Assembly: GCF_006345805.1 (NCBI RefSeq)
Contig: NC_043007.1
Span: 42,346,001 to 42,410,000, forward strand
Origin: Octopus sinensis
Taxonomy: Eukaryota
Direction: 5' to 3'
DNA: 64,000 bases
The notes beneath the pieces are model-generated. The model made no database searches, was not told where the DNA came from, and saw only the letters and a program-made list of their open reading frames with translations. Both the position numbers and the translations under genes were made by a program. Numbering within the stretch: position 1 is the stretch's first letter; the number at the start of each line of letters is the position of its first letter. Of the stretch, positions 23,501 through 38,033 are shown piece after piece.

Positions 23501-26500
23501 TATATATATATATATATCTTGTGTGTGTATCTCTAAAGGAATTGATTAGTGTCACAACTTCAAAGTGTTCTCGATGTTCTCTGTAGAATTAGAAACCAGT
23601 TCCAGTCTGTTTTCCCTCATTTGTCTTACATGTTGTACTTCAATTAACGGGCTCCAATTAATTTAGTCTGTAGTAGTAAACACTATATTAGATTAGAATG
23701 TGGTGATATACTTTCTTTGAAACAGACTGACTATTCATTTGTTTTTCAGATACACTCTGGCAACATTTTCTATTGGTGTATTCTTTCATTTCTCATTTCT
23801 TACTAAATATATTTTTGCTTAATAAATGTTATTCTACTTTATAATTCCTCCATTTAATTTTTTTTTCTTCTTGTTAGCATCTGAATGTTCCACAAATGTT
23901 ATCAATATTATGCATTCTGTCAATCATTATTGATTAATCTATAGGTGTTATTTATAATCAATATTACTGTTTGATTACTATTTGATTATCTACAGTTTAG
24001 TGATAGCAGATGGTGTACAAATTATGAATGGATGATCTTCATATATAGTACAGAGACCAAAAGGCCTAGAGTTAACTGTTGGATAGTCTGCAAGCAATTG
24101 ATACCTAATGGTCTTTATTATACCACTTCGTTAATCTGTTAGTGGTATTGGAATCAAAAGATTTTTGATGTTACAATATTTGATGTTACACAGATTTTCA
24201 CCGTCATTGGATCTGCAGTGACCTACTACCATAAATATTGTCCATTTCCTTGAAAATTTGTGCTACTTGTAAGTTTTCAATGATTGTCTAACATTCGTTT
24301 CACATTTTCAAACTTCTTTACTGAATACAGTTCTTTTGTTATGTCTCTTTCATTACATTCAGTAGTGTAGATCATTGCCCTAGCTTTAGATGTATGGATC
24401 ATTGTCAAGTGTTTAGTCATGTTGATTATTACCACGTGTTTCGATGTGTGGATCACAGCAGAGCTTCTTTGATAAAAATTAATCAACCTAACAGCAATAT
24501 GGTACCTTATTTTCCTAAAGTAGCTTGTTAAGACTGTGAAAGGAATATAACAAGATGTTCTGCAGTAAATCAATTCTATTATTAAGAGACTTATGGCTAT
24601 ACATATTTGAAGGCTCAGTTGAAGTTGAGCTCTCTGACCAATCAGACATACAATCAAAGCCATTGCAGTGATAAAAATCCTACTCTTCATACATGTATAC
24701 ATTATTCTACTTGTCCTTAATTGATGATTATACTATTATTTCTAATAAGTAGTGTCTTCATAGAGGCCGCCTCATTAACTTAAGTCCTCCATGGTACACT
24801 GTAGACCTAATATCTAAGGTGAGTGTTCTTCCCACAATGTCAAATAATGACATTTGGAATAATTATGATTGAGATAAACCAGTCTAAATTTCAGAAACCT
24901 GAAAAAGGTTAAATTATGATTAGCTATTAGATCTTCATAGAATAAGGGAATAGATGTGTTTGGTGTCAATATAGATTTGCGAAGTCTCTTTCCATTGTAC
25001 AGTTGTATATCCTTTTTCAACATCTGTCATATTGTGAAATTTAAAGAATGGCTCAAGTAAGTTGTGTTGCTCAACAGATGTCCTTGTCTTTATTTGAACT
25101 CATGGAACTACAATGTAACACTTCATGGCCTCAATTCAAAATGCTGTATCATGTTTTACATTTGGTAATAATTTCTAAAGCAGTCAAAATTAAAGGAATT
25201 TTGTACATTACTATTTCAATTCATCAATATAAACCTGTTACTTTTAAGCTCCTAAAACACTCACCCCATCAAAAATAATTATAATAGCTCAAACATATGC
25301 ATACTAATTGATTTTTTTTCATTATTATCATGATTGTTGTTTTAATTTCTGGAATTTTTTTCCATCCCTGCTGGTATTAGTTGGATGGGCCATGAGTTAA
25401 ATTATTTACAGCTTCTCTATTATACAGATCATCTATTTTCTTTCAGTGTCTTTCATTTAGAAGAATGTCTTCTGTCATATCCCACCCCTTGCCTCATTAC
25501 CTAACCAAAATTTTCATCTCTTGATATTCCAGTTGCATCTTTTTGTTTAAAAACAGATCTTTGTGTACAATTCATTATCTTGAGCAATTTACTGGCAAGT
25601 TGAATGAAATTAATCCTTTTGGTTTTTGTTGTTTAATTTAATATTCTTCTCTCTTAATATTCTTAAAAAAAAATATTTTTGCATGTTTTTACCTTTTCTG
25701 CCTGAACTACATCTCAGACTGTGTTTTATTCTGTCAGAATAACATTTTATTTTCAATAAGATTATAATTTTGAGAGCTGTTTACTTCATTTTTAAAGATG
25801 AGATTTTTAATATTTACATCTGCACTGTTTCAGTAAGTTTAATCTATGATATTCATCAGGTTTCTTACTTCTAGGTATACTAGACTAGATTCAAACTTGT
25901 AACCTTTATTACTAAACTAAGGATACTGTTTTTATCCATTGTGACTTTGTTGCATATAGTTTATAAAGGTTCCTAGTTCAAATTTTGTTTAGTATTATGT
26001 AGACATTTAGAAATAAGTTGCCTGAAGATGATCAAAGATCAAACTTATTGAATCATAGTAGAGATATACATATTAAATATAAATTTCATTTTTAAAGTTA
26101 AGATTTAAGTCTGAAAAATTGTATCATTAATAAATGACTCATCTCCAACATTTACTCATTTAGTTCTTTTATTTTGTCTTTTTTATTCCATGCTCTCAAT
26201 ATTATTCAATTGACAATTTTTTTCTTGTATGTTTGCCAGAGTGGATTCTCATTTAACCAACATATAATCTTGCCTATTTCAAATCAGTACTCTACAAATC
26301 AAAATATTTTATATGTTCTGTTTTATTTTTGGTTGTTTAAAATCCAAAAGAAAAGAAAAAAGAAAAATTCAATATAAAATTTGAAAATTTAAGTTTAGTA
26401 TTTTCTGAGCAAAATATCCTTCTAGTCTTTCTTCCATAAGATATTCATTTTTTGGATAACAAAGTTGGTTTAAATTCTCTTCTTTTTACTATTACCAGGT

Positions 26501-28529
26501 GAGATTTATGTAAAAATTGTTGATGGGTTTTTTTTTTCTATAGATTCTGAAAAAGTGATAAAAAATATTATTAAAAAAAAAATCTGAAAGAAAATACTTT
26601 TCCTTTTGTTGACTAAAAATCTTTGTTTTTCCCCATTTCATTCTACTTTGTTTTACATTATTACTATTGCATTAGTCTTGTTTGTGTTCAAAATTTAAAA
26701 TAGTGTATGCGTGTGGAATAATATATGGCAACATTTGTGTGTGTGAGCATTTCATTACTAGATTTGTGCTGGGGTTTTTTTTTTGTTTTTTATTTTTTGT
26801 TACTGACCATCATATTGCACCATGCTTTCTGAACACCTCCACCCTCTATGCAGTCCCTACAATAAAAACTATCTGCTGCCACCACCAGTCCCCCACAATG
26901 TAGTTGTGCTACTCAAAAGCTGAAGCAGGTCATATATCACGCTTATTATGTCTATTATTGCATCCACCATCTACCAACCACACACATTGAGACTGCTCCA
27001 TTCAGATGTCTCTGTCTATCCCTATATTTATCTCCCTTGCTCTATTTGGTACTCTTCTTAGCAAGACTCCAATATGAATATCTTTATTGACTTGGACACC
27101 ATATTCATGCTCATACATACATATACTTACATACATATGAATGGTTAGATGTGTTGAGTTTAATCTTCATAATCATTCTTTTTTCAACACCTTTTTGGGC
27201 TGTTTTTTTTTTTTACTGTGTGGGTGACACACAATTGTTAGATTCTCTACAATAACCTCTGATGATTATAGTATTTCATCTTATTAATGTTTCCAAAGAA
27301 AAAAATGTCTAAAGCACTACATTTAAAAACATAACAGTATACAAGGATGCCACTGAGTAAGATCAGTAACTGCAGAGTCCCATCATTGAAACTACATTGT
27401 CAGTATAAAACAAAAATATTTGATTATCACCTTTAAACAATGTGTTGTAATATGATTGTTTTAATTTTAAAACATTTTTATCTGATTTACAAGGATCTAA
27501 ACTCTTAAAATATTTGTAGTTTCTGTCCAAAATATTTAACTAAAACTGATCTGATTCTTGTAAAAAGTCAGCAGCTGTTTTCTTTCTGATGAATAAAAAG
27601 GTTATGAATTAAGGCCTTGTTATTAATATTAGTGTATCTGTTCATGTGTAAAATGAATCCTGTTTTAATTGTACTGTTTTAGGTTAAATTTTCTCATAGA
27701 AAATTTTAAATATTATCAGATTTTTAATTGGATTTTGCCTCTTTATTCTATTCTACCTGATTGTGAAAAATGTTATAGTTCAGGTGAAAATAATAGATGC
27801 AGTCATTAACTTACATCACATTTTAAACATGTTTATTCTGACAAATTTTCTAAATTTCTTTAAAAAAACACAAATTGATGAAAATATTTCCTGTTTTAGC
27901 TATCACGTGACATTACTTCCCATTTACAATATAAAATTTTGTACTCCAAATGTTATGCACGTTCTGAGATGCAGAGCAGCAAATGTGATATTTATATGCT
28001 ACACATTGATTATCATTATAGTTGTAATAAAGCAATGTGTTTTGGGTGAACCAAGTTCATGGCCTGGTTTCAATTCCAAGTCAGAAGAAGGTCTCTGACT
28101 ATCTTGAGAAAGGCTTCAATGTCCCACATGCCATCTTCTCTCTCATATACATCTCAGGATTTTAATTCTCCTGGTCAAATGAAATAAATACCAGTAAGAT
28201 AGTGATTCAGTTGGCTAAACCATCTGCTCCTTAGAGAAATTATTTTTGGTGGTGGTGTGGCAGAAACACTAAAGCAGCAATATTTCAATTTTTCAATATT
28301 TCGTTTCATACCAGATCAACTTTACGTCTTTCAGTTTTCTCTCACAGTAAAAATAGATCTTTTAGTCATTTACTGGGGCTAATCTAACAAATTATACCCC
28401 TCTCCTATAACTTGTGACCCTACTTCAATCAAAGAAATTGCTATTTTGTTTTTATTTTTATCTCAGGTTTTGTTGTAACTCCTGGAGTCTTGCATGCATA
28501 GTGGGTTTGCTGCCTGCAGCCTACAGTAC

Positions 28530-28900
28530 CATGCTATTTGTTCAATTCAACTATCTAATACTTTCCTGATTATTCTGGCCATGCCAATGAGGCAAACCTT
28601 TTGTAACAGTTCTACTGGGCACACTATTCCTTTATATTCCTCTTGGTGCTTTCTGATACTGTCCCCAAAGATCCAACAATAATTGGCACTATCTTCACCT
28701 TTTCCATAGCCGGGCTATTTCATACTTAAGAGCATTGTATATATATCTATTTTTTCACCTTCCTTCTTGACTATTTGTGGGTCAAAGGGCCACACAACAT
28801 CAACTATATAGCACATATGGTGCATCTTGTCCAGTCTCTTATGCTCTAACATCTGATCTGTTTGGATTGGGAAATCCTAGAGGATTTTTCAAGTCTCCGA
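28530..28900 (-). mobile_element. R4/Dong-like (REL endonuclease) LINE C-terminal relic
   Basis: The minus strand reads, across frameshifts, WDFPIQTDQMLEH...CYIVDVVWPFD...KEGEK...EIARLWK...VPIIVGSLGTV, typical of the restriction-like endonuclease tail. Confidence 0.7.
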
Positions 28901-29165
28901 CTCCGCCACTCTCTGCAGTTTGTGCTCATACCACTTCTTGCCTCTCTCTAGCCCTGACTTTTCATCATCATTATTATTATTATTATATGTGGCCAGAAAA
29001 GCTAGAGCAATTTTGTTCTTTCTTTGTGAGTTATATTTTTCCCATGGTTTAATGGCCTTTGTCTTACAAGAGTATAAGTATTAAAATGGATTTGAATGTA
29101 CCCCTCATTTGCAAAAAATTGGCTTTCTGATAATAATAATAATTATTATTATTATTATTATTTGT

Positions 29166-29385
29166 AAGGCGGTAAGCTGGCAGAATCGTTTGTACACTAG
29201 GCAAAATGCATAGCTGCATTTTATCCATTTTTATGTTCTGAATTCAAATCCTGCCAAGATCATCCTTGCCTTTCATTATTTCGGGGTTGATAAAATAAGT
29301 AATAGTTGAACACTGGGATTGATGTAATCAACTTACCCTCTCCCTTGAACTTTCTGGCCTTGTGCCAAAATTTGAAGCCATTATT
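29166..29385 (+). mobile_element. Second SINE family
   Basis: GGCGGTAAGCTGGCAGAATCGTT...TTCTGAATTCAAATCC...GGGGTTGATAAAATAAGTA. Partial copies near 16830-17050, 17880-18030 and 20950-21030. Confidence 0.75.
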
Positions 29386-31889
29386 ATTTTTAAGTAGTAA
29401 GAATTGATTCATGTGCTGTATAGCTGGACCATGTTTTATAGTTTCAGATTCTACAAAGATCTGCTTACCTTCTGATCTTGTTATCTGACAATTATTCTTG
29501 AATTGGGGTAGCTTCTGTGAACTTAAGTTGAGTTTGCCCCATTAGGGCTGATCAACGGAAACATTTGGTTAGTGTTCTCAGCTATGGCCATCCCATTTTT
29601 GTATGTGGATATGCTGTCCTACTATTTTAATGGCAATTGTGTGTATTTTAAGGACAGTTGACTGCTATAATGAGTAAGTTGTGTAACTATGCAGAGACTT
29701 TCTTTATAAGATGGTCAGAATGCACTACATTTGTTTCAGTTAATTTTGAAAATGATGAAGAATTTAGTAAAATAACTTTATTATCAAGCTAGTCTTTGGA
29801 ACATAAATCAACATGAAATTTTGATGGAAAATTTTAATTTAGATCACATTAAAAGAAGGATGATTGAATCAGAAAAGCAGGAGCAGCTTCAGGCAGGTCA
29901 GAATCAAAAGGGTTAAAGACAGTGGAGAGTCTATTCAAGGATATTTTATCTTTTATACGAAGCAAGTTTAGTTTACATGGTTAATAAAATAATTACTATG
30001 GAGTTTGTAGATATTGATTCATTTTGATATAACCACCTTTTCTGTCTCATTAAAAGAGCCCATAGCAATAAAAAAAACCATATTCCAAGTGAGTATCAGG
30101 AGCTTAATTGTTCTAAAATATATTCTTTCAGTTCATTTTTCTGGTATTTCATTCATTTAATTTTTATAGAATTTTCGTTTATCCTTCATCATTGATGTTT
30201 CTGTGAAGTACGAATTATTGATGAAATGGGTGCATTTATCAGTGTGCAAGTGTAAATGAAATCTTGGTAGTGAGATAGTGGTTTGAAGAATGTAAGGTCT
30301 AAGATGTAATTTTTCTGCAGAAATGAGGCTGTTGTATCTTGCTTGGTGTGGGCTGATGTACTCTGTAGTGTTGAGTAATAATATTCAAATGAGTCTTGGA
30401 AAGCCTGTTGTCTGCATTGAGTGTGACGGAGGACAGTAGAAAATCAGTGGTGCATTTAGGTAATGATCTGTGGAGTAGGAGCTAGTAGTGATGGGAGTAG
30501 TTGTAAAACATTAATCTGTTGTTGTTTTGGGATTATAAGTAAAGTGTAGAGTCTGTGATATAAAGTCGATCTGTTGTATGGAAGTTATGAATGTAAAAGT
30601 GAACTGTGAGATGGGAGTCAGGAATATGTAGGTGTTGGATTCAGCAATATAGCAGTAGTCTGTATGTAGTATGGGTCTTAACAGTAGGGTGAAATGTGTA
30701 GGAGTAATGGAGTGTCCTAGTGTTAAAGAGAAGCTAGTCTAAAGAAACAACGTTCATACTGATGGTGGGTGGGGGAGATCATTAAGCACAATAAGTTGTA
30801 GGAGGAAATAATAAATGAGGTAAAATTGAAGACCATCGGAGAGCAAAGTTTTGTGGCCTCCTAATAAGTGCTGTTGTCTGCTGGCATAACTACTGTATCT
30901 ACACTGGCATAACTACACTGTCTATGCCTACTGTAAATTGCAATTAGCCAAATCTCTCTAAAACCATATCCTATCATCGTTTAAAGAAAAGGAGGAAATG
31001 TTGGATAACATATATACTGTCTCCAAAGACAAGAAGGTCATGGCAAGAAAGCCTCATTATATACCTCTTGATCAGACCTAACTTGGAAGCTGCAACAGTC
31101 AACCTGTGGCTTAATGAGTATTCATTATCAATATATTAACCTGTCCTCATCTTGTCTAGACCAATTTCATTTGCAGAGAATAGGTGTATTTTATTATTAT
31201 TTATAGTGTTATCAGTGATTACATGTGTGCATATATGTGTAATGTGTATGTATGAGTTTATATATTTGTATGAAAGGGAGAGAAAATGTAGTGTATACTT
31301 GTTGAAACTTACTTGTATAACCCACATTCTAAATAGATATCTTCATAAAGCTGTACATATACACCCATATATATTACATGCACGTAAGTGCAAATACTTA
31401 TACACTAGATGTCCAATAAGTAAGGTAGGCTTTTGACATTATATTAATAATTACTTAAGGGACATCTGATATTTCATATAACTATATAATTTCGTATGGA
31501 TATCATATAATTATATAATTACATAAATGTCTGAAACCTTACAAATTAATGAAACTTCATGTATATGATTTGAAACAACTTTTCAACTTGCATTTTACAT
31601 GACAACATTTATAAAACATGTTTTACATACTCATTTTCTCCTCTGCCACATTTCTCTACAAATTAGGTCTAAAAAATTAAACAAAATATTTTAAATACCA
31701 TTCAGCACAAGGTCATATTCCTATTGTTTTTTTTTTTTTTCTCTTACCAATATCCATCCTTTTTTTACTCTTACCAATATCCAACCTTAATTTTTCAGCA
31801 ATTCTGAACTCGCCATAAGCTTGTTCACTTGTCACTTTATACCGCTATATAAGGCTATCTCCTTTATTTACATCTGTCCACGTCAATAG

Positions 31890-32108
31890 GAGCAGGCTGA
31901 CCAGGAGCTAGACATCCATTCATCGCCCTCATATCATGATGGCAATGCCCGCGATCAGCGATCAGAGCTGTTTCCCAACCAGAAGCCATCCCCCCAGCAC
32001 AAAGCGAATGCCTTTCAGCGTGAAAGGAGTTTTTCGTACCGGGAAAGGCAGAAAAAGCAGCATAAGCTGGAAGATAGACGCAATAGTACAGGCCAAGTTG
32101 AACAAGTG
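31890..32108 (+). CDS. PACS2: PACS exon D (middle region with RxRxxS motif)
   Basis: CAATAG acceptor and GTG|GTCAGT donor. 219 nt, 73 open codons EQADQELDIH...QRERSFSYRERQKKQHKLEDRRNSTGQVEQV. Joins the next exon to give VPRK (vertebrate IPRK). Confidence 0.88.
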
Positions 32109-35103
32109 GTCAGTAGCTACAATTGAGCAGTCTTGAGTAACATCTAGCAGCAGAGTCTGTAAAATGGTTGTCGTCTGCAGACCTTATCATCTTAGTTCTG
32201 TAAATTTACTGGAGATTGGGAAATTGATACAACACTAATCCTCTGCCTACCTATCCACACCAACCAGAAATGCTTTTCCTACCTTGTTTTTACTTCACAT
32301 TTTTTTTCTTTTCTTTTTTAACTCAGAATCACTGCTAAATAGGCTTTGTCTATTGAAAATTGGGGCCAGAACATTGCATAAAATCAGTGCTTAACACAGG
32401 ACATATTTCCCTGGCATTTATCTATGCATCATATATGGTACACATTCCCAATTTTTCTCAGCCGCCAGAGTAATTTGGAGAAGCTTGTGTTACCCAGAAT
32501 GTACGAAACAAGCATGGATGTTTAGAACAAACTTATGAAAATGCTTTGGACTGGCAAAGGTTTAAAGTAAAAATCATACAATATTTAGTCATTCTATTTA
32601 AGTAAAAATTTTAGGAAAAGCTATTTAAATATAATTCTAGCAATAGTTAATGGATAGATTAAAGTTACTTGGTTTATATTTATAATATTTCAGTTTGTCC
32701 CTGTACTCAAAGTGGATTGATAGATTAATCATAATGTTCCTTACAAAATGCTCTGTACACCATTGCCATCAACATCACTACTGTTGTGTACTCATTAAAA
32801 CCTCATTGGTATATGCAAAATGGCAGGTTTGCTTTTTATTATGAAGAATTCATAACTATAGATAAAAATGAAGCTTTAGAGTAATAAAGGGCTAAGGTCT
32901 TAAAATAAAAGGGACTGCTTTCTGTGTCATAAGAACTTTACCAGAAAATTGAGAGATAAGAACAGCCATAAACAACAAAACTTCTTTAAACCAACAATAG
33001 TGACTTCATGTGGTCACTCAATCTGCTAGAAATAGCAAATGTCCCTCACTTCATACCCTGTTGTCTGAGAAGAGAACATTTAAGTTTATGTGGTAGTGGG
33101 TTCTCTACACATAGGAATATAGGACAGACAGGATAGTCATGGATGGAATGCCTTTGATCAAAAGTCAGGGCTGACTTAGAGCTGAACAACAAGACCTCTT
33201 GTCTGCATATTATATTAGATCTTTGTGAAGATAGCAGGCACATAATAATAGAAATCAGTCGGTGTAAAGCAGTGGTGGTCTGTCAGAAAAAAGAAAAAGA
33301 AAAAAAAACTGTTAATAAGGTTTACAAATCTGAATATATTTGTATGCTGTGAGAAAACATGTTCTGAGGTTTCAGGTAGAGCCCTTCTTCAGAGAAACAT
33401 CGTCTTCAAGCCTATCTAGCACTATCAAAAGCACTCTAATTTATTTTTGTTTTCTCCTAAAAATCGCCATGCCTGAAACTTTAGCACTTGTGGGTTTTTG
33501 CAGCATACAAACTTATCCATATCTGAAAACTTTATAATGAGGAAAAGCAGTCTGCAAATCATTCTTTAAAATCTTGACCCCACTTTGTATTATTGCCTGT
33601 CCTGCCATTCCATAGTAGAAAGCAGCTCATATCCCTGTTCACTTTTGTAGAAAAAAAACAAACCAAATGCTTCCAGACGGCAGCCATTTTTCATGCTTAT
33701 TCTCAAAATATATTTACTACTTCAGCACTGCACTCTGTACTGTCATGGGGACCCTAAATTATGTCTAGCTTTTAATAACCAAGTTCTAGGATTAAAACCA
33801 CTAATGTTCTACTAATACTGTCAATTCAAAAACCATTATTATTATTATTATTACTATTATTATCATTATTATTATTATTATTATTAACAACCTCAGCAGT
33901 AGTTTAGTTTATTAAATTCTAAACTGATTCGTAGCTAGGTTTGCAGCTGAAATAGCTTGGTATTTTATTAAAACTATTATTTCTTAAAACTAATTTCCTT
34001 ACAAAGTCGATCAACTTGCTATATAAAATTTATACATTGTGGTACACAAACGAACTGGAAGGATCTCTAATATTATTATGGCTGTTGCTAATGTTATTTT
34101 TTTTTTAACATTATTAATGATAATGCAAATATGAAATGTAAAACTTACATAGCAAGTTAGGTAGTTGCATTAAATTCTACCAACTTTAATAATCAATAGT
34201 TCTTAAGAAAATAAGAATTATCAGGCTTGCCAAAATCATAGAAATATATATATATATATATATATATATTTATTTATTTATTTGTTCTCAGTCTGATTAA
34301 ATGCCTCAGTTGTCAGAAATTTTAGGATTCATCCCAAAACATACACACATGATCTGTATAATATGTATAAGAACATATGATGTGTGTGTGTGTATATATA
34401 TATATATGTATATATGCATAGATATTCCTTGTGTTAGAAGTGCATCATGAGTTAGGATAATTTAAACTAAATTTGCCGGGGACTTTTGGTAGTACCACTT
34501 GGAAGAGCATTTGACAGAGCATTAACGCTCCCACCCACACTTTTTTTTTTTTCTCGCTCTCTCTATCCTATCTCTCCCTTTTGCTATTGTCTTGCAATTT
34601 TGTCAGATTTTCTTGTATGCTAAACACGTTTTTCTTTCAACTGTTGTCACTCACACAGCTTGCTTATTTTGCCATTAGCTTATGATCTAGTTCTCTCCTT
34701 CCTCCACTGGCACCACTGCCACTAGCTTTGATTCTTTCCTCACAGCCTAAGTCATGTGACCAAAGAAACTCCTTCAAAACACTACTTTCTTTTTGAAATT
34801 CATCATAAAACTCATATGCATACATATATTAAATATAGATCTATATTATATATATGCATGTGTGTGCATAAGTATATATATATATTTATATATCTATATA
34901 TGTGTGAATACGTGTGTGTGCATATATATGCATATGTATGTGCATGCATGTATATGTATTTGCAAGTACATATATGTATTTGTGTGTGTGTTTGTGCGTA
35001 TGTACAGATATGTGCATATATATGTATATATATATCTGTAAGGGTGTGTTTGTGTATGTATATACATATGTACATATATATATATTTTCGAACTTCATTT
35101 TTT

Positions 35104-35140
<37 letters not shown>

Positions 35141-35761
35141 TGTAAGGGTGTGTGTGTGTCTAATATTTAAGTTTTACATAGTCCACTACCTATAAGATGG
35201 AGAAGAGTTGATAAAAGATCATTTGTTCCCACTCGGGATGAAACTACTGGTCACTGTGAGGCTTTGAACATTGCTATATATATATTTATGTGTGTGTGTG
35301 TGTGTATGTTCATTGTGTGTGTAAATGAAAATATACATCATTATTAAGATTATGAGGCAGGGAGGAAACAAACAAATACTACACAATCATACAGGCAAAA
35401 ATGCATTACTGAAAGAGTGTAAAAATATAAAGCAAAAATAGAAAAAAATTTAAGTTTACGATGAAAATGAACATGCCAATGGCGAAACAGAAGAGAATCT
35501 AACATTTCAGGTGATATCCAAATAGCATGGACACAATAAAATTACATGATGTCTCACTGCATTTTGCCCTCCCACAATTGTACATCATACATATACACAC
35601 CCCACTTTCAATCTACAGACACACACTGACACATGGACAGTCATAATTGTTAGAGTGCATATATGCATGTGTATACACAGTCAAGTTTTAAGATGGTTGT
35701 AACATATTACAAAAATAACTACTGCACATCTAGTTACATGTACTTAATATGCCTTGACATA

Positions 35762-36135
35762 TTCATCATCATCGTCATTGTTTAACGTCCGCTTTCCATG
35801 CTGGCATTGGTTAGACGGTTTGACTGAGGGCTGGCAAGCCAGAAGCTGCACCAGGCTTCAATCCGATTCTGCAATGTTTCTACAGCTGGATGCCCTTTCT
35901 AAGCCAACCACTTCGAGAGTGTAGTGGGTGCTTTTTATGTGCCACCGGCATGAGGGTCAGTCAGGCAGTACTGTCATCGGCCACGCTTGAATGGTGCTTT
36001 TTATATGTCACCAGCACGGGAGCCAGTCAGGTGACTCTGGCAATGACCACGCTCAAATGATGCATTTTATGTGCCACCGGCACATGAGCCAGTCAGGCAG
36101 CACTGGTAACGATCACACTCAAATGGTGCTTTATG
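35762..36135 (-). mobile_element. RTE 3' UTR fragment (older copy)
   Basis: CATCATCATCGTCATTGTTTAACGTCCGCTTTCCATGCTGGC... is colinear with 56824-57160. Confidence 0.85.
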
Positions 36136-37951
36136 CTATTTAGCATCTATGCAAATAAAAACATTGTATATTTAAATACACTTCACTTGATACCAACCCC
36201 AATACTATAAGTTTTCCACTCTCTCTCTCTTCCACTTTTCTCCCCATTTATCTTCACCATGATTCAGATTGTGTTTCTACTTCCAGTCCTTCTATCCCAC
36301 ATCCAGCTGTAATCTAAGGAGAAACAGTGAATTTATTGTCCTCAGATTTCTTGCATTGACAAACTCTCATTCACCCAAAAGCCAATTACGAAGGCAAAGT
36401 TGACCTTGGAGATATTTGAACTCACAGCACATAATTTCAAGCCATGAGTTGTCAGTTGTCTGATCAAGGAAGCAAGCAGGATCATTCAATTAGTGCGAAG
36501 TGAATGAGTATCCCAAAAAACTCTGGAATCCTTAATATTATACTCAGACATAACCAGCATAACTGTTTGTGACAAGGCTAGCCCATTTAAGTTACAAGTA
36601 CTATCCATTTGAGAAGCTTCTACACAAATTTCTGTATTATCAAATTCATTCATAAGGTATCTGTTAACTTGAAACATTAGAAAATGACACTTGCCTAAAT
36701 ACCATGCACCAGAATCAGAATTGGGACTTTATGAATTGCAAAGTGAACTTCTTAACCTGGCCACACTGCACGTGTGTGTATGTGTGAGTGTGTGTGTGTG
36801 CATGCCTGTGTGTGTGTGTACACTTTCATGTGATGAATGACTGAAAAAACAAGAAAAATCACAATGATTGAGAGAAATGTTATTTCTACAATGCTTGAAA
36901 GGAAAAAGCCTTTAACATTTCATATGCTAGTCCTTCATCAGATATACGTGTGTGTGTGTGTGTACGCACACACACAGATACGCAAAATACATATGTTAAG
37001 ATTGAAACTGTTCAAAAGCTGTTACAATGCAAATTGACATATAGGAATGGAACTGAAAATAAAGAAGACAGAACAGCAGTATGCACCTTACTTAATAACT
37101 CTGTATTTTCTCCTGAGAATGGAGTATTAACTCTGGAATATAGTTATACAAGGACAAGTGGAAACTGTTTTTCTGCCTTCCTTGCTTTTATTCTTCACTA
37201 TGATTATCACACAATGCTTCACTCAAACTACATTACACTAATGTGTGTGTGTATGTGTATGTTTGCACGTGCAAATATACATCAGTGTGTGTGTGTGAAA
37301 TCCAATCTCCTATTTGTTGGGTATACAAGCAGTTACTGCCAAACAGGAAACCCACTCCATCACTCCAAAATATTTCTTATATAATTTTCAAAGATAATGT
37401 TATCATCATTACAGCTTTCTTTGCAAAGAACACATTTTTATTGTGCTTTTCTGCTTTTATTCAAAAAAGAAAAAAGGAAAACAAACTTATATAAAAAAAA
37501 ATGCATGGCTCAAGCAACTTCATTTTGATGCCTGCTGTTTTTCTGTTTGTTCTTTTTCTTTGTTGGAATTATTATTATTATTATTACTATTGCGTGAATA
37601 TGTTTTTGAGCTTGCTTGTTTTGTTGTTGGACAGAATGATAATTTGTTTGCAAAATGTTGAAGAAACCATTTCCCCTTTTCCAGAAGTGAATGACAACAC
37701 TGGTGTTATTTGATTTTTTTTTTTTTGTTCCCCTTCATCTTTTTAATGACAAAACAAACAAACAATCTACATACAATCTATCAGCTCAGTTATTAAGATC
37801 AATGATGTGTAGTTTTAGATGAAATTTCATATATGTATATGTTCATATACAGCTGCATAGGTGTACGTATATGTATGTATATGTTTCTGTATACATATGT
37901 ATATATGTTTGTATGTTTGTGTGTGTATATTTATGTGTGTATATATATACA

Positions 37952-38007
<56 letters not shown>

Positions 38008-38033
38008 TGTATATATATATACACACACACATA

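Noticed and set aside
31820-32230. Short intron-exon complementarities around exon D as possible editing-complementary sequences
   Set aside because: Only about 12 bp with bulges, expected by chance. RNA folding and editing data would be needed.
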